From assembly GCA_030428785.1 (NCBI GenBank), contig JAUIEF010000002.1, positions 18,892 through 82,891 on the forward strand: a DNA stretch of 64,000 nucleotides, written 5' to 3'. The notes beneath the pieces are model-generated. The model saw only the letters and a list, made by a program, of their open reading frames with translations, was not told the origin of the DNA and searched no databases. This DNA comes from a bacterium. Its GTDB lineage: Bacteria > Planctomycetota > B15-G4. Positions 1 to 10,060 of the stretch are shown here, one piece after another (within the stretch, counting starts at the first letter, position 1; every line of letters starts with the position of its first letter). Both the position numbers and the translations under genes were made by a program.

Positions 1-477
1 ATCGGCGTGGGCTCCCACAAGCAGTCGAGCGCCGGCACCGGGGTGAACCCGACGGACCCCGGTTCCGCCAGCTCCTCCGGGGCGGCGTACGTCTTCGACA
101 CGCCCGGCACGTGGACGGACCTGGGCGGCGGGTCGACGGGCGCCGCGAGCACCCCGCTTCTCGCGGGGACGGGGCCGCTGTTCTCCGAGGCGTCCACGAC
201 GATCGCGCTGAGCGACGCGCCCGGACACACCCTGTTCCTCGTGTGGTTCTCGCTCGCACCGACGCCGTTCGCGGCGCTCGGCGGGACGGTCCACGCCTTC
301 CCGTTCGCGAACCAGTTCCTCTTCGCGTCGGACGCGGCCGGCGGGTTCTCGGCGACGCTCGCGTGGCCGTCGTTCATCCCCTCCGGCACCGAGGTGTGGT
401 TCCAGTGCATCGTGCAGGACGCCTCGACCCCCGCGGGTCTCACGCTGTCGAACGGGCTCCGCGCGACCTGCCCGTAG
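1..477 (+). CDS. 3' end of a secreted protein gene that starts upstream of the window; carries the recurrent ~100-aa C-terminal domain
   Basis: Frame 1 is open from nt 1 to the TAG at 475-477. The translation (LFLVWFSLAPTPFAALGGTVHAFPFANQFLF...WFQCIVQD...TLSNGLRATCP) aligns with the C-termini of the genes at 2244-4262, 4414-6426, 32638-33591, 56260-57816 and 60854-61849. Confidence 0.6.
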   Translation: MGVGSHKQSSAGTGVNPTDPGSASSSGAAYVFDTPGTWTDLGGGSTGAASTPLLAGTGPLFSEASTTIALSDAPGHTLFLVWFSLAPTPFAALGGTVHAFPFANQFLFASDAAGGFSATLAWPSFIPSGTEVWFQCIVQDASTPAGLTLSNGLRATCP

Positions 478-549
478 ACACACGGCGCGCTCACCCGACG
501 AGCGCGATCCCCACCCCGAACGCGATGCGCCGCGCCGCGCGCCCCGTCG

Positions 550-1056
<507 letters not shown>

Positions 1057-1243
1057 GGGACGCTCCGGGTGAGGGGACGACGCGACGCGCGGGACGTCCG
1101 CGTGTCGGGGACGGGGACGGCGGGACGTGCGGCGCCGGGAACCGCCCGGCGACCGCGCCCTCGACCGACGGCTGGTATGGTCGCCGACCGGCTGGCCGCC
1201 GGCTTGCCGGATCTTGCGAAACCGCCCGGGAGCCGCGCGAGCC

Positions 1244-2221
1244 ATGACCGTCGACTACGTCGCGGCGGTGAACCGCGCGCTCGACCACGTGCGCGACCAC
1301 CTCGACGGCCCGCTCCGCCTGGACGACGTCGCGCGCACCGCGGGCTTCTCGCCGTTCCACTTCCACCGCGTGTTCCGCGCGCTCGTCGGCGAGACGCTCG
1401 GCGACCACGTGAAGCGCGTCCGGCTCGACCGCGCGCTCTTCCTCATGACGCACGGCGGGGCCGGCGGCGCGCGGCCGCCGCTCACCGAGGTCGCGCTGGC
1501 CTGCGGCTTCTCGTCGTCGTCCGACTTCTCGCGCTGCTTCAAGCAGCGGTTCGGCGTGCCGCCCAGCGTCTTCGACGTGTCGACCTGGCGCGACGCGCGG
1601 CGCGCGGAGCTCGAGGCCGCGACACGTCGCGCGACCGACCCCGTCGACGGGGCGCGCGCCGAGACGCGCGGCGCGGACGCGGCCCGCGCGACCGAGCCGT
1701 CGCCGCGCCGGCTCACGCGCCTCCCTCCCGGCGAGAACCCGGACGGCTTCCGCGTGGAGCTCGTCGAGCTGCCGCCGCGCACCGTCGCCTACCGGCGCGT
1801 CGAGGACCCGTACCGAGGCGGCGACGTCACGGGGACCGTCCGCCGTCACGTCGCCTGGGCGGAGGAGCACGGGCTCGCCGACGGCGCGTGGCTCGCGTAC
1901 CAGTGGGAGGATCCGGAGATCACGCCGCTCGAGCAGTGCCGCTACGACATCGCCGTCGTCGTGCCGCCCGGGCACCCCGTGCTCCGCGTGCCCGGCGAGG
2001 TCGGCCGCCACGACTTCCCGGCGATGACCGTCGCGCGGGTGCGCGTCGACGGCGACGTCGCGCTCGAGCTGCGCGCCCTCGACTGGCTCTTCGGCACCTG
2101 GCTCCCGTCGAGCGGACACGTCCCCGACGACCAGCCGTGCTTCGAGGCCTTCGTCGGCCGCCCCTTCGCGCACGGCACGGAGCGCTTCGTGCTCGATGCG
2201 CTGTTGCCGGTGCGGCGGTAG
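1244..2221 (+). CDS. AraC-family transcriptional regulator with C-terminal GyrI-like effector-binding domain
   Basis: AraC HTH region ([17 protein letters not shown]...[22 protein letters not shown]) plus a GyrI-like C-terminal half. Divergent from the VOC gene across a 187-bp intergenic region. Confidence 0.85.
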   Translation: MTVDYVAAVNRALDHVRDHLDGPLRLDDVARTAGFSPFHFHRVFRALVGETLGDHVKRVRLDRALFLMTHGGAGGARPPLTEVALACGFSSSSDFSRCFKQRFGVPPSVFDVSTWRDARRAELEAATRRATDPVDGARAETRGADAARATEPSPRRLTRLPPGENPDGFRVELVELPPRTVAYRRVEDPYRGGDVTGTVRRHVAWAEEHGLADGAWLAYQWEDPEITPLEQCRYDIAVVVPPGHPVLRVPGEVGRHDFPAMTVARVRVDGDVALELRALDWLFGTWLPSSGHVPDDQPCFEAFVGRPFAHGTERFVLDALLPVRR

Positions 2222-2243
2222 GCGCGGGGTCCGGCGCGGACCG

Positions 2244-4262
2244 CTACGGCGTGATCGCCGTCACCGCGTTCGTGAGCGTGAGCCCCGCGGGCACGGTGCC
2301 GTCCTGCACGATGAACTGCAGCCAGAACTCCACGCCGGTGCCGACGCTCACGGGCCACGTGAGCGACTGGCTCCACGCGCCCTCGGCGTCCGTCGCGCGC
2401 AGGAGCTGCACCGCGGGCGGGTTCGCGTGGAGCGTGCCGCCGAGCACATCGAGGGGCACGGACGTGAACGACAGCCACGCGAGCATGAGCGCGTTGCCCG
2501 GCGCGTCCGTCACGTGCAGCGTGAGCGGGTCGCCCGCCTCGAGCGTGCCGATCGCGTCGAGCGCGGGCACGCCGCCGACACCCGGCGCGGCGCCGCCCAG
2601 GAAGGTCCACGGCGACGCGAGGCCGACGTTCTCGTACCAGCCGGCACCGACACCGAAGTCCCGCGCGCCGCCCAGCACGTCGAGGTCGCCGTCCCGGTCG
2701 AGGTCGCCCAGACCCAGCGCGTCGTCCCGATCGCCGGCGACGGTGAGCACGGCCTGCGGGGCCGCCGCGAAGCCGCCGAGGCCGTCGGTGTTCTCGAACA
2801 GGAGCAGGTCGAACGACGGCAGGGCCAGCGCGATGACGTCGAGGTCGCCGTCGCGGTCGAGGTCGGCGAGCTCGACCTGCCGGAGCGTCCCCTCGACGAC
2901 CGTCTGCGGCGCGCCGAACGTGCCGAGCCCGTCGAGGTTCTCGAGCCACCCGAGCCGCGCACCGCCGAACACGAGGTCGCGGTCACCGTCGCCGTCGACG
3001 TCGCCCGCGCGCACCGACTGGACGACCTCCGCACCGACGTCCAGGGAGTGCGCCGTCGGGAACGCGCCGGCCCCGTCGTTCGCGAACCACACGAGCCGCT
3101 CGGAGAGGTCGCCGCCGACCACGGCGTCGAGGTCGCCGTCGCCGTCGAGGTCCGCCACGTCGAGACCGTAGGCGTCCTTCGGTCCGCCGTGCCACGGTGT
3201 CTCGGCGCCGAAGCCCGCGCCGTCCGCGAAGTGCACGCGCAGCGACGGCGGCGCGTCGTACGCGAGCACCGCGTCGGCGAGCCCGTCACCGTCCAGGTCG
3301 GCGAGTGTCGTGTCGCGCACCGTCGCCGGGTCGAGCTGCAGCCATTCGACCTCCTGGAACGCCCCCTGGCCGTCGACGTTCTCCGCCCACCACGCGCGGC
3401 CGGCGAACACGTAGAGCAGGTCGAGGTCGCCGTCACCGTCGATGTCGCCGAGGTCCGGGTCGGTCGCGGTCGCGCCGTCGTGGATCGTCTCCGGCTGGCC
3501 GAAGGTCCCCGCCCCGTCGAGGTTGCGGAGGAGATACGCGCCCTCCGGGATCTGCGCCGGCGACGAGGGGGCGTTGGCCGCGACGAGGATGTCGACGTCG
3601 TCGTCACCGTCCACGTCGCCGGTCGCGAACGCCGACGGCGGCAGGATGCCCGGGAGGTCGCGACGCGTGGAGAACTGCGCGGAGATCGACACGAGGCCCG
3701 GCTTGGTGATCGTCGCGGGCTGCGTCCCCGCGAAGGCCGTGAGCGTCACGTCGTAGTCGCCGTATCCGGTGTAGGTGTGCGTCGGGTGCTGCGCCGTCGA
3801 GGTCCCGCCGTCGCCGAAGTCCCAGAGCCAGGACGAGACCGGGTCGCCGGTCGTCGTGTTGGTGAACGACACCTCGACCTGGAGGAAGCCGCTCGTCGGC
3901 GAGGCGACGAAGTCCGGCGTGACGGACGCCGGCGACACGGTGACGAGGCCGGTCTTCACCTCGGAGTCCGCGCCGCCGCCCTGGCCGAGCACGCCGAGCG
4001 ACACGGTGTAGGTGCCCGGCGTGTCGTAGACGTGCACCGGGTGCTGCGCGAAGCCCTGCGTGCCGTCGCCGAAGTCCCACTGCCACGCGACGGGCGTCCC
4101 GCCGGTCGTCTGGTCGGTGAACGACACGACGAGCGGCGGCAGGCCGCTCGTGGGCGTCGCGCCGAAGTCGGCGGTGATCTGCGCGCCCACGGGCGACGCG
4201 ACGAACAGCGCGACCACGAGCGCGGGGACGAGACGGGTCGGACGGACGGCGATCGAGCGCAT
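2244..4262 (-). CDS. secreted protein: 2 PKD domains + FG-GAP/VCBS repeat beta-propeller + recurrent C-terminal domain
   Basis: ATG at 4262 with GGAGGA 6 nt upstream; signal peptide MRSIAVRPTRLVPALVVALFVASPVGAQ. PKD motifs (WDFGDG, HxYxxxGxYxVTL) occur twice. There are about 7 DxDGDGxxD FG-GAP-type repeats. The C-terminus reads LAWLSFTSVPLDVLGGTLHANPP...FWLQFIVQDGTVPAGLTLTNAVTAITP. Confidence 0.85.
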   Translation of the reverse strand: MRSIAVRPTRLVPALVVALFVASPVGAQITADFGATPTSGLPPLVVSFTDQTTGGTPVAWQWDFGDGTQGFAQHPVHVYDTPGTYTVSLGVLGQGGGADSEVKTGLVTVSPASVTPDFVASPTSGFLQVEVSFTNTTTGDPVSSWLWDFGDGGTSTAQHPTHTYTGYGDYDVTLTAFAGTQPATITKPGLVSISAQFSTRRDLPGILPPSAFATGDVDGDDDVDILVAANAPSSPAQIPEGAYLLRNLDGAGTFGQPETIHDGATATDPDLGDIDGDGDLDLLYVFAGRAWWAENVDGQGAFQEVEWLQLDPATVRDTTLADLDGDGLADAVLAYDAPPSLRVHFADGAGFGAETPWHGGPKDAYGLDVADLDGDGDLDAVVGGDLSERLVWFANDGAGAFPTAHSLDVGAEVVQSVRAGDVDGDGDRDLVFGGARLGWLENLDGLGTFGAPQTVVEGTLRQVELADLDRDGDLDVIALALPSFDLLLFENTDGLGGFAAAPQAVLTVAGDRDDALGLGDLDRDGDLDVLGGARDFGVGAGWYENVGLASPWTFLGGAAPGVGGVPALDAIGTLEAGDPLTLHVTDAPGNALMLAWLSFTSVPLDVLGGTLHANPPAVQLLRATDAEGAWSQSLTWPVSVGTGVEFWLQFIVQDGTVPAGLTLTNAVTAITP

Positions 4263-4413
4263 GGCTTCCTCCGCGAGGAGGCGCCCCCCGACGCCTCGGA
4301 GCGCGCAGTCTACCTCGCCCGGGCGGCTCCGGGCGCCGCTCCCGGGATCCTCATGGTCCCCGGGCGTCGCCGACGCAGTGGGACGTCCTCGCACCGATCC
4401 TCGCGGCTGCTCG

Positions 4414-6426
4414 TCAGGGCGTGGTCGCCGTGACCGCGTTCGTGAGCGTGAGTCCCGCGGGCACGCCGCCGTCCTGCACGATGAACTGCAGCCAGAACTC
4501 CACGTCCGCGCCGACGCTCACCGGCCAGGTGATCGACTGGCTCCACGCACCGTCGGTCCCCGTCGCGCGCAGGAGCTGCGTCGCCGGCGGGTTCGCGTGC
4601 AGCGTCCCCCCGAGCACGTCGAGCGGTACGGACGTGAACGACAGCCACGCGAGGATCAACGTGCTCGCCGGCGCGTCCGTCACGCGCAGCGTGAGCGGGT
4701 CGCCCGCCTCGAGCGTGCCGATCGCGTCGAGGAAGGGCTCGCCGGCGACGCCCTGTGCCGCTCCGCCGAGGTACGTCCACGGCGACGCGAGTCCCACGTT
4801 CTCGTACCAGCCGGCGATGGCGCCCGGCGCGCCGCCGCCGCCGAGCACGTCGGGGTCGCCGTCCCGGTCGAGGTCGGCGACGCCGAGCGCCCCGTCCTGC
4901 GAGCCCGCGGCCGTGAGCACGGCCTGCGGCGCGGGCGCGAACGCGCCGAGCCCGTCCGTGTTCGCGTGGTTCAGGAGCTGGAGCGACGCCGCGCGCGAGA
5001 GCACGTCGAGGTCGCCGTCCCGGTCCGTGTCGACGAGCTCGACCTGGTGCACCTGGACGGCCTCGATGGTCACGGCCGCGCCGAACGTCCCGAGCCCGTC
5101 GAGGTTCTCGAGCCACGCCAGGCGATCCGTGGCGCCGAACACGAGGTCCGCGTCGCCGTCGCCGTCCACGTCGCCCGCGCGGATCGCCGCGACCTCCTCG
5201 AGGCCCGCGTCGACCGTGTGCACGACGGAGAGGTCGCCCGCGCCGTCGTTCTCGAACCACGCGAGCCGCTCGACGACGTCGCCGCCCACCACGACGTCGG
5301 GGTCGCCGTCGCCGTCCAGGTCCGCGACGTCGACGCAGCGCCCTTCCGCGGGCCCGCCCGCGAACGTCACGGGACCGCCGAACGCCACGCCGTCCGCGAA
5401 GTGGACGCGCAGGCTCGGCGAGTCGCCGTACGCGAGGACGACGTCATCGAGCCCGTCGTCGTCGAGGTCGCGGAACGCCGTGTCGAACACGGTCGACGTG
5501 AACGTCACGGTGGAGTTGTCCCAGACGGTCCCCGAACCGCTCGAGTTGCGCGCCCACCGGGCCCCGCCGGCGTGGACCCACAGCATGTCGGGGTCCCCGT
5601 CGCCGTCGGCGTCGCCGAACTCGGGCTCGTTGGCCCACGCCGGCGAGGTGATCGTCTGCAGCTGGCCGAGCGTGCCGGCGCCGTCGAGGTTGCGCATGAG
5701 ACGGACGCCCTGGTTCTGCTGGGAGTCGCTCGCGAAGACCACGTCGAGGTCGTCGTCACCGTCCACGTCGGCGAACGCGTAGCCGCCGGACGGGATGGGC
5801 GAGCCGGTCAGCACGCGCCGCGCGGTGAACTGCGCGGAGACGGAGACGAAGCCCGGCTTCGACGCCTGCGTGCTCGACGTGCCGGCCGACGCGGTGAGCG
5901 TCACGTCGTAGCTCCCGTAGGCGGTGTAGACGTGCGTCGGGTGCTTCTCGACGGACGTCGTGCCGTCGCCGAAGTCCCAGAGCCAGGCGGAGACGGGGTC
6001 GCCGGTCGTCGTGTTCGTGAACGACACCTCGAGCGGGATGAAGCCGCTCGTCGGCGCGGCGACGAAGTCCGGCGCGATCGTCGGGACCCCGACGGTCACG
6101 AGCCCGGTCTTGACCTCCGTGGCGACGCCGCCGCCCTGCGCGATGACGCTGAGCGAGACGTCGTAGGTGCCGGGCGTGTCGTAGACGTGCACGGGGTCCT
6201 GCGCGAACCCGAGGGTGCCGTCGCCGAAGTCCCACTGCCACGAGATCGGCGTGCCGCCCGTGGTCTGGTCCGTGAAGGAGACGACCAACGGCGGGAGGCC
6301 GCTCGTCGGGGTCGCGTCGAAGTCGGCGACGACCTGCGCGCCGAGCGGCGACGCGGCGAGCGCGCACGCGAGGAGCGTGGCGGCGGCGGCGCGACGCACG
6401 GGTCCGGTCGGGTTCCTCGCGGACAT
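4414..6426 (-). CDS. paralog of the 2244-4262 gene (PKD x2 + FG-GAP propeller + recurrent C-terminal domain), secreted
   Basis: ATG at 6426 with GAGGAGGAAA upstream; signal peptide. Domain order is the same as the neighbouring gene. Long stretches are near-identical at nucleotide level, for example 2256-2330 versus 4428-4500. Confidence 0.85.
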   Translation of the reverse strand: MSARNPTGPVRRAAAATLLACALAASPLGAQVVADFDATPTSGLPPLVVSFTDQTTGGTPISWQWDFGDGTLGFAQDPVHVYDTPGTYDVSLSVIAQGGGVATEVKTGLVTVGVPTIAPDFVAAPTSGFIPLEVSFTNTTTGDPVSAWLWDFGDGTTSVEKHPTHVYTAYGSYDVTLTASAGTSSTQASKPGFVSVSAQFTARRVLTGSPIPSGGYAFADVDGDDDLDVVFASDSQQNQGVRLMRNLDGAGTLGQLQTITSPAWANEPEFGDADGDGDPDMLWVHAGGARWARNSSGSGTVWDNSTVTFTSTVFDTAFRDLDDDGLDDVVLAYGDSPSLRVHFADGVAFGGPVTFAGGPAEGRCVDVADLDGDGDPDVVVGGDVVERLAWFENDGAGDLSVVHTVDAGLEEVAAIRAGDVDGDGDADLVFGATDRLAWLENLDGLGTFGAAVTIEAVQVHQVELVDTDRDGDLDVLSRAASLQLLNHANTDGLGAFAPAPQAVLTAAGSQDGALGVADLDRDGDPDVLGGGGAPGAIAGWYENVGLASPWTYLGGAAQGVAGEPFLDAIGTLEAGDPLTLRVTDAPASTLILAWLSFTSVPLDVLGGTLHANPPATQLLRATGTDGAWSQSITWPVSVGADVEFWLQFIVQDGGVPAGLTLTNAVTATTP

Positions 6427-6535
6427 GGCTTTCCTCCTCGTGGCGCGGCGACTCGTGCGGCGGTCCGCGCGGTCGTCCGGGTGGTTTCCCGGCTCCAGTC
6501 TAGACCACGTCCGGCGATCGGTGACGGAAGGACGC

Positions 6536-9127
6536 CTACTTCACGTACCCGAGCGCCCGCAGCTGCTCGAGGTCCGCCTCCGAGAGGTCGGCGAGATCGT
6601 CGCCCTCGACGCGCTGCGCCTCGGCCGAGGACTTCCAGCGCTCGAGCTCGGCGGCCAGCCGCTCGACGACCTCGGGGTGCTCGTCCGCGACGTCCTCGAG
6701 GTTGAGCGGGTCGGCGCCGTGGTCGTAGAGCTCGAACTCCGCGCGCCCCTCGGGCCGGATGACGTGACGCACGAGCCGCCAGCGGCCGTTCACGATGGAG
6801 AAGCTCTCCCAGTCCTCCGCCGGATCCGGCACGCGGTCCTCCGCGAGCCGCACCTCCGAGAACGCGGGCTGCGGACGCCAGCCGAGCGCGGCCGGGTCGT
6901 CGGGCGACGCGAGCAGCGGGAGCAGGCTGCGCCCCTGCGCGCGCTCCGGCACGGGCAGCCGGCACAGGTCGAGCAGCGTCGGCGCGAGGTCGAGCGACTG
7001 CGTCGTCTCCTCGACGACGGTCGGCGGCACGACGCCCGGCCACCGCACGATCATCGGCACGTTCGTCATCTCGCCGTACACCGTGTCGCCGTGCCAGTGC
7101 CGCCCGTGCTCGAGGAACTCCTCGCCGTGGTCCGCGACGACCGCGACGACGACGCGGTCCGCGAGCCCGTACTCCTCGAGCCGCTCCATGACGCGTCCGA
7201 TCTCCGCGTCCATGGCGCGGATGGACGCGTCGTACCAGTCCTTCTCCGTGCGCGTGAACGCGTCCGGGTCGACGCCCGCCTCCTGCAGCTCCGTGAGCCA
7301 CGGCAGGCCGCGCGCCTTGCGCGCCGACTCCTCCATGACCTCGCGAGCCTGCTCGACGCGCTCCTCGTGCGCGGCCTTCGCGCCCGGCTCCGCCCAGCGC
7401 GTGTCCCACGGGCGGCGCGGCTCGAACGGGCTGTGCGGATCGAACACGTGCAGCCGCGCGTAGAACGGCACGTCGTGGTGGCGGCCGAGCCAGTCGAGGA
7501 ATCGGTCGACGAACGGCCGCGCCGTCTTGCTGCCGACGTCGCCCTCGAGCGAGCTGCGCTCGTGCATGACCTCGAGGCCCTGGTGCAGGTTCGAGAGCTT
7601 GCCGGTGAACGGCACGGACGAGGTCGCGAAGGTCGCGTACCCCGCGTCGCGGAAGCACTCGGCGAGCGTCTGCACGGACGCGGGCAGCCGGTCCGGCGTG
7701 TCGACCATCCCGTGCGTCGACGGGTAGAGCGACGTGAGGATCGACCCGACGGACACCTTGGTCCACGCGCCCTGGCTGATGTTGTCGGCGAAGCGCGCGC
7801 CCTCGGCGGCGAGGCGCGTGAGCACGGGCGCCGTCTCGCGCTCGTAGCCCCACGCGTCGAGGTGGTCGCGACGCAGCGTGTCCGTGACGATGAGGATGAC
7901 GCCGCGCGGCGCGTCCGGCCCGCCGAGCGCGGCGCGTGAAGGCGACGGCGCGCCGAGGTCCGGCGCCGCGCCGCGCGAGCGCACGACCGGAGAGCCCCAG
8001 AGGCCGATCGCGCCGCTCGACTCCGCGGCGAGCGCGAGCCCGAGCGTCACGCGCTGCCCGGCCCATGGCGCGAGGTCGATCGTCACGGGCTCCCAGCGCC
8101 CGGACGTCGTGAGCGTGCGCAGGAGCAGCGTGCGGTCGACGGGCGCGTCCGTGCCGCCGAGCCTGAGGTCGACGCGGAAGGTCGCGGGCCCCTCCTCCAC
8201 CGTGCCGAGCTCGAGGTCGAGCCACGGTTCGGCGGGCAGGTCCACGGTGAGCAGCACCTCCTCCGGCGAGCGCGCGACGATCGCCTCGCGGTAGATCTCG
8301 GAGCACGGCTGCCACGACACGCCGGACGGGATCGTCGCGAGGTGCTCGCGCCGCGACACGAGGCGCACGGACTCGAGCGCCAGCTCGTCGCCGGGCTCGA
8401 CGTCCCACACGCGCAGCATGACGTGGTGCACGTCGGCCACGGGGATCGACGGCAGGAACGAGGAGTCGGCCGTCGTGAGCGTGTAGGTCCGCACCTCGTC
8501 GCCGGGCTGCAGGTCGACGGTGAGCGCGCCCCGCGAGGAGTCCTCGGCGCGCGCGAGGAAGCGCTCCAGCTCCAGCCGCTCCGCGTCGTCGAAGAGGAAG
8601 CCGAGCTTGCCGCCGGACGGGACGCGCAGCCGCACCTCGACGGCGTGCAGGAGGTCGTCCTCCTCCATGCCCTCGGGGCGCACGGTGTGGAGGATGGGCA
8701 TCTCGCCGACGGTGCCGACGAGCCGGCCGTCACGCACGGCGAGGTCCTCGACGCCGGAGAGCGCGTGCCAGCCGTGCACGGCGACGGGCGGCGCGGCGCC
8801 GTCGGCGAGCTCGAAGAGCGGGTGGGCGTCGTCGGCGGCGTCGTCCGGCGCGTCGTCGGGCGCGTCGACGGCGGGAGGCGCCGGGTCGGTCGGGTCATCC
8901 GCGGACGTGTCGGCGGGAGCGCCGTCGTCGTCCGCGGCGGGCGGCGGGCCGTCGAAGCGCCAGCTCGTCGAGGGCGGGAGCTCGTCGCTCACGGGCGGCG
9001 TGCCGCGCACCTCGGCCGACGCGAAGCGGTCGACGAGGCGGATCGCGGCGGGACCGGACGGCGCGGCCGGGTCGCCGCACGCCGAGAGCAGCAGTCCGAC
9101 GACGAGCGCGGTGGCGAGGCGGTGCAT
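6536..9127 (-). CDS. lipoprotein: ~400-aa N-terminal region of unknown function + alkaline-phosphatase-superfamily (sulfatase-fold) catalytic domain with Thr at the nucleophile position
   Basis: ATG at 9127 with GGAGGAG upstream; lipobox LLSAC. GVILIVTDTLRRDHL...RFADNISQGAWTKVSVGSILTSLYPSTHG aligns with sulfatase RFTDF..C(T)[10 protein letters not shown], but with Thr in place of the formylglycine Cys. There is an acidic Pro/Asp-rich linker near the N-terminus. Confidence 0.75.
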   Translation of the reverse strand: MHRLATALVVGLLLSACGDPAAPSGPAAIRLVDRFASAEVRGTPPVSDELPPSTSWRFDGPPPAADDDGAPADTSADDPTDPAPPAVDAPDDAPDDAADDAHPLFELADGAAPPVAVHGWHALSGVEDLAVRDGRLVGTVGEMPILHTVRPEGMEEDDLLHAVEVRLRVPSGGKLGFLFDDAERLELERFLARAEDSSRGALTVDLQPGDEVRTYTLTTADSSFLPSIPVADVHHVMLRVWDVEPGDELALESVRLVSRREHLATIPSGVSWQPCSEIYREAIVARSPEEVLLTVDLPAEPWLDLELGTVEEGPATFRVDLRLGGTDAPVDRTLLLRTLTTSGRWEPVTIDLAPWAGQRVTLGLALAAESSGAIGLWGSPVVRSRGAAPDLGAPSPSRAALGGPDAPRGVILIVTDTLRRDHLDAWGYERETAPVLTRLAAEGARFADNISQGAWTKVSVGSILTSLYPSTHGMVDTPDRLPASVQTLAECFRDAGYATFATSSVPFTGKLSNLHQGLEVMHERSSLEGDVGSKTARPFVDRFLDWLGRHHDVPFYARLHVFDPHSPFEPRRPWDTRWAEPGAKAAHEERVEQAREVMEESARKARGLPWLTELQEAGVDPDAFTRTEKDWYDASIRAMDAEIGRVMERLEEYGLADRVVVAVVADHGEEFLEHGRHWHGDTVYGEMTNVPMIVRWPGVVPPTVVEETTQSLDLAPTLLDLCRLPVPERAQGRSLLPLLASPDDPAALGWRPQPAFSEVRLAEDRVPDPAEDWESFSIVNGRWRLVRHVIRPEGRAEFELYDHGADPLNLEDVADEHPEVVERLAAELERWKSSAEAQRVEGDDLADLSEADLEQLRALGYVK

Positions 9128-9380
9128 GGACGGCTCCTCCGGGGCACGGGCGCGCGCATGGTACGGCAACGGCCGGTGACGCCGCCCGCGCCGTCGCCGG
9201 GGAGCCGTCGCGGGGCGGGGCGGGCTCGCCCGGGGTCACGCCGCGCGGGTGTCGCGAGGCGGTTCCGGACGTAAGGACCGCCGTCGCCGCGCGACCCAGG
9301 ACACGTCCCCGCGACACCGTCCGCGACGCGATCCGACGCGACGACGGTGCCGCTCCCCCGTGTCCGAGGAGACCGGAACG

Positions 9381-10031
9381 ATGACGAACACCCTGCGCAC
9401 GATCCTCGGCGGGAGCGTCCTGCTCGCCGCCGCCTGCGGCATGCTCGGCGCCGCGCCCGCCGCCCCGCAGTCCGCCATGGGCGCCCGCCCCGCGGCCGCC
9501 GCCGCGCGCCCCGCGGACGCCCTGCTCGCCTTCCGCGACGACGGCAGCCTCGAGCGTCCGCGCGGCTACCGCCGCTGGATCTTCGTCGGCGCGCCGCTCA
9601 CGCCGGACGACATGAACGACGGCCACGCCGCGTTCCCCGAGTTCCACAGCGTCTACATCGACCCCGCGAGCTACGACCACTACAAGCGCACCGGCGACTT
9701 CCGCGACGGCACCGTGCTGCTCAAGGAGCTCAGCAGCGTCGGCACGAAGGCGTCGACGAGCGGCAAGGGGTACTTCATGGGCGAGATCACCGGCCTCGAG
9801 GCGGCGGTGAAGGACAGCGAGCGCTTCCCCGACGAGCCCGGCAACTGGGCGTACTTCCGGTTCACGGACGAGGACGGCGGGCCGATCCACCGCGTCGCCG
9901 AGCCGCTGCCCGCGGCGTCGTGCGCGGCCTGCCACACCGCGTCCGCCGAGCAGGACTCCGTGTTCACGCAGCACTACCCGATGCTGCGCGAGGCGCGCGG
10001 CTACGGCGCCGGCGAGCCCGAGGACCGCTGA
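9381..10031 (+). CDS. cytochrome P460 / cytochrome c'-beta family protein (periplasmic, single CXXCH near C-terminus)
   Basis: ATG at 9381 with GAGGAG upstream; signal peptide. Motifs YRRWIFVG, VYIDPASYDHYKRTGDFRDGTVLLKE, NWAYFRF and CAACHTASAEQDSVFTQHYP fit the P460-family pattern. Confidence 0.7.
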   Translation: MTNTLRTILGGSVLLAAACGMLGAAPAAPQSAMGARPAAAAARPADALLAFRDDGSLERPRGYRRWIFVGAPLTPDDMNDGHAAFPEFHSVYIDPASYDHYKRTGDFRDGTVLLKELSSVGTKASTSGKGYFMGEITGLEAAVKDSERFPDEPGNWAYFRFTDEDGGPIHRVAEPLPAASCAACHTASAEQDSVFTQHYPMLREARGYGAGEPEDR

Positions 10032-10060
10032 CCCGGACGGCGACGAGCCGGAGCCCCGCC

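Larger units (their letters stand above)
2244..6426 (-). repeat. tandem direct duplication (~2 kb units) of the PKD/FG-GAP secreted protein gene
   Basis: Two head-to-tail paralogous CDS with long near-identical nucleotide segments at their starts and ends. Confidence 0.7.

Noticed and set aside
7-477. Treating 7-477 as a complete 156-aa gene starting at the listed M
   Set aside because: The frame is open from nt 1, and the content is the C-terminal domain of a larger secreted protein. The listed M is a GTG inside that domain, so this is a partial CDS.
6096-8408. 770-aa minus-strand ORF and 574-aa plus-strand ORF overlapping the AP-superfamily gene
   Set aside because: R/A/P-rich nonsense translation; the sense frame (6536-9127) has a lipobox and a sulfatase-fold core.
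6536-9127. Calling the AP-superfamily lipoprotein a formylglycine-dependent arylsulfatase
   Set aside because: The C/S-x-P-x-R motif is absent; Thr occupies the nucleophile column.
9381-10031. Apparent 1-nt discrepancy between my manual position counting and the ORF-track end coordinate for the P460 gene
   Set aside because: Most likely my own counting slip, not a frameshift. The codon-by-codon translation is continuous and the ORF-track coordinates are self-consistent, so track coordinates were used throughout.
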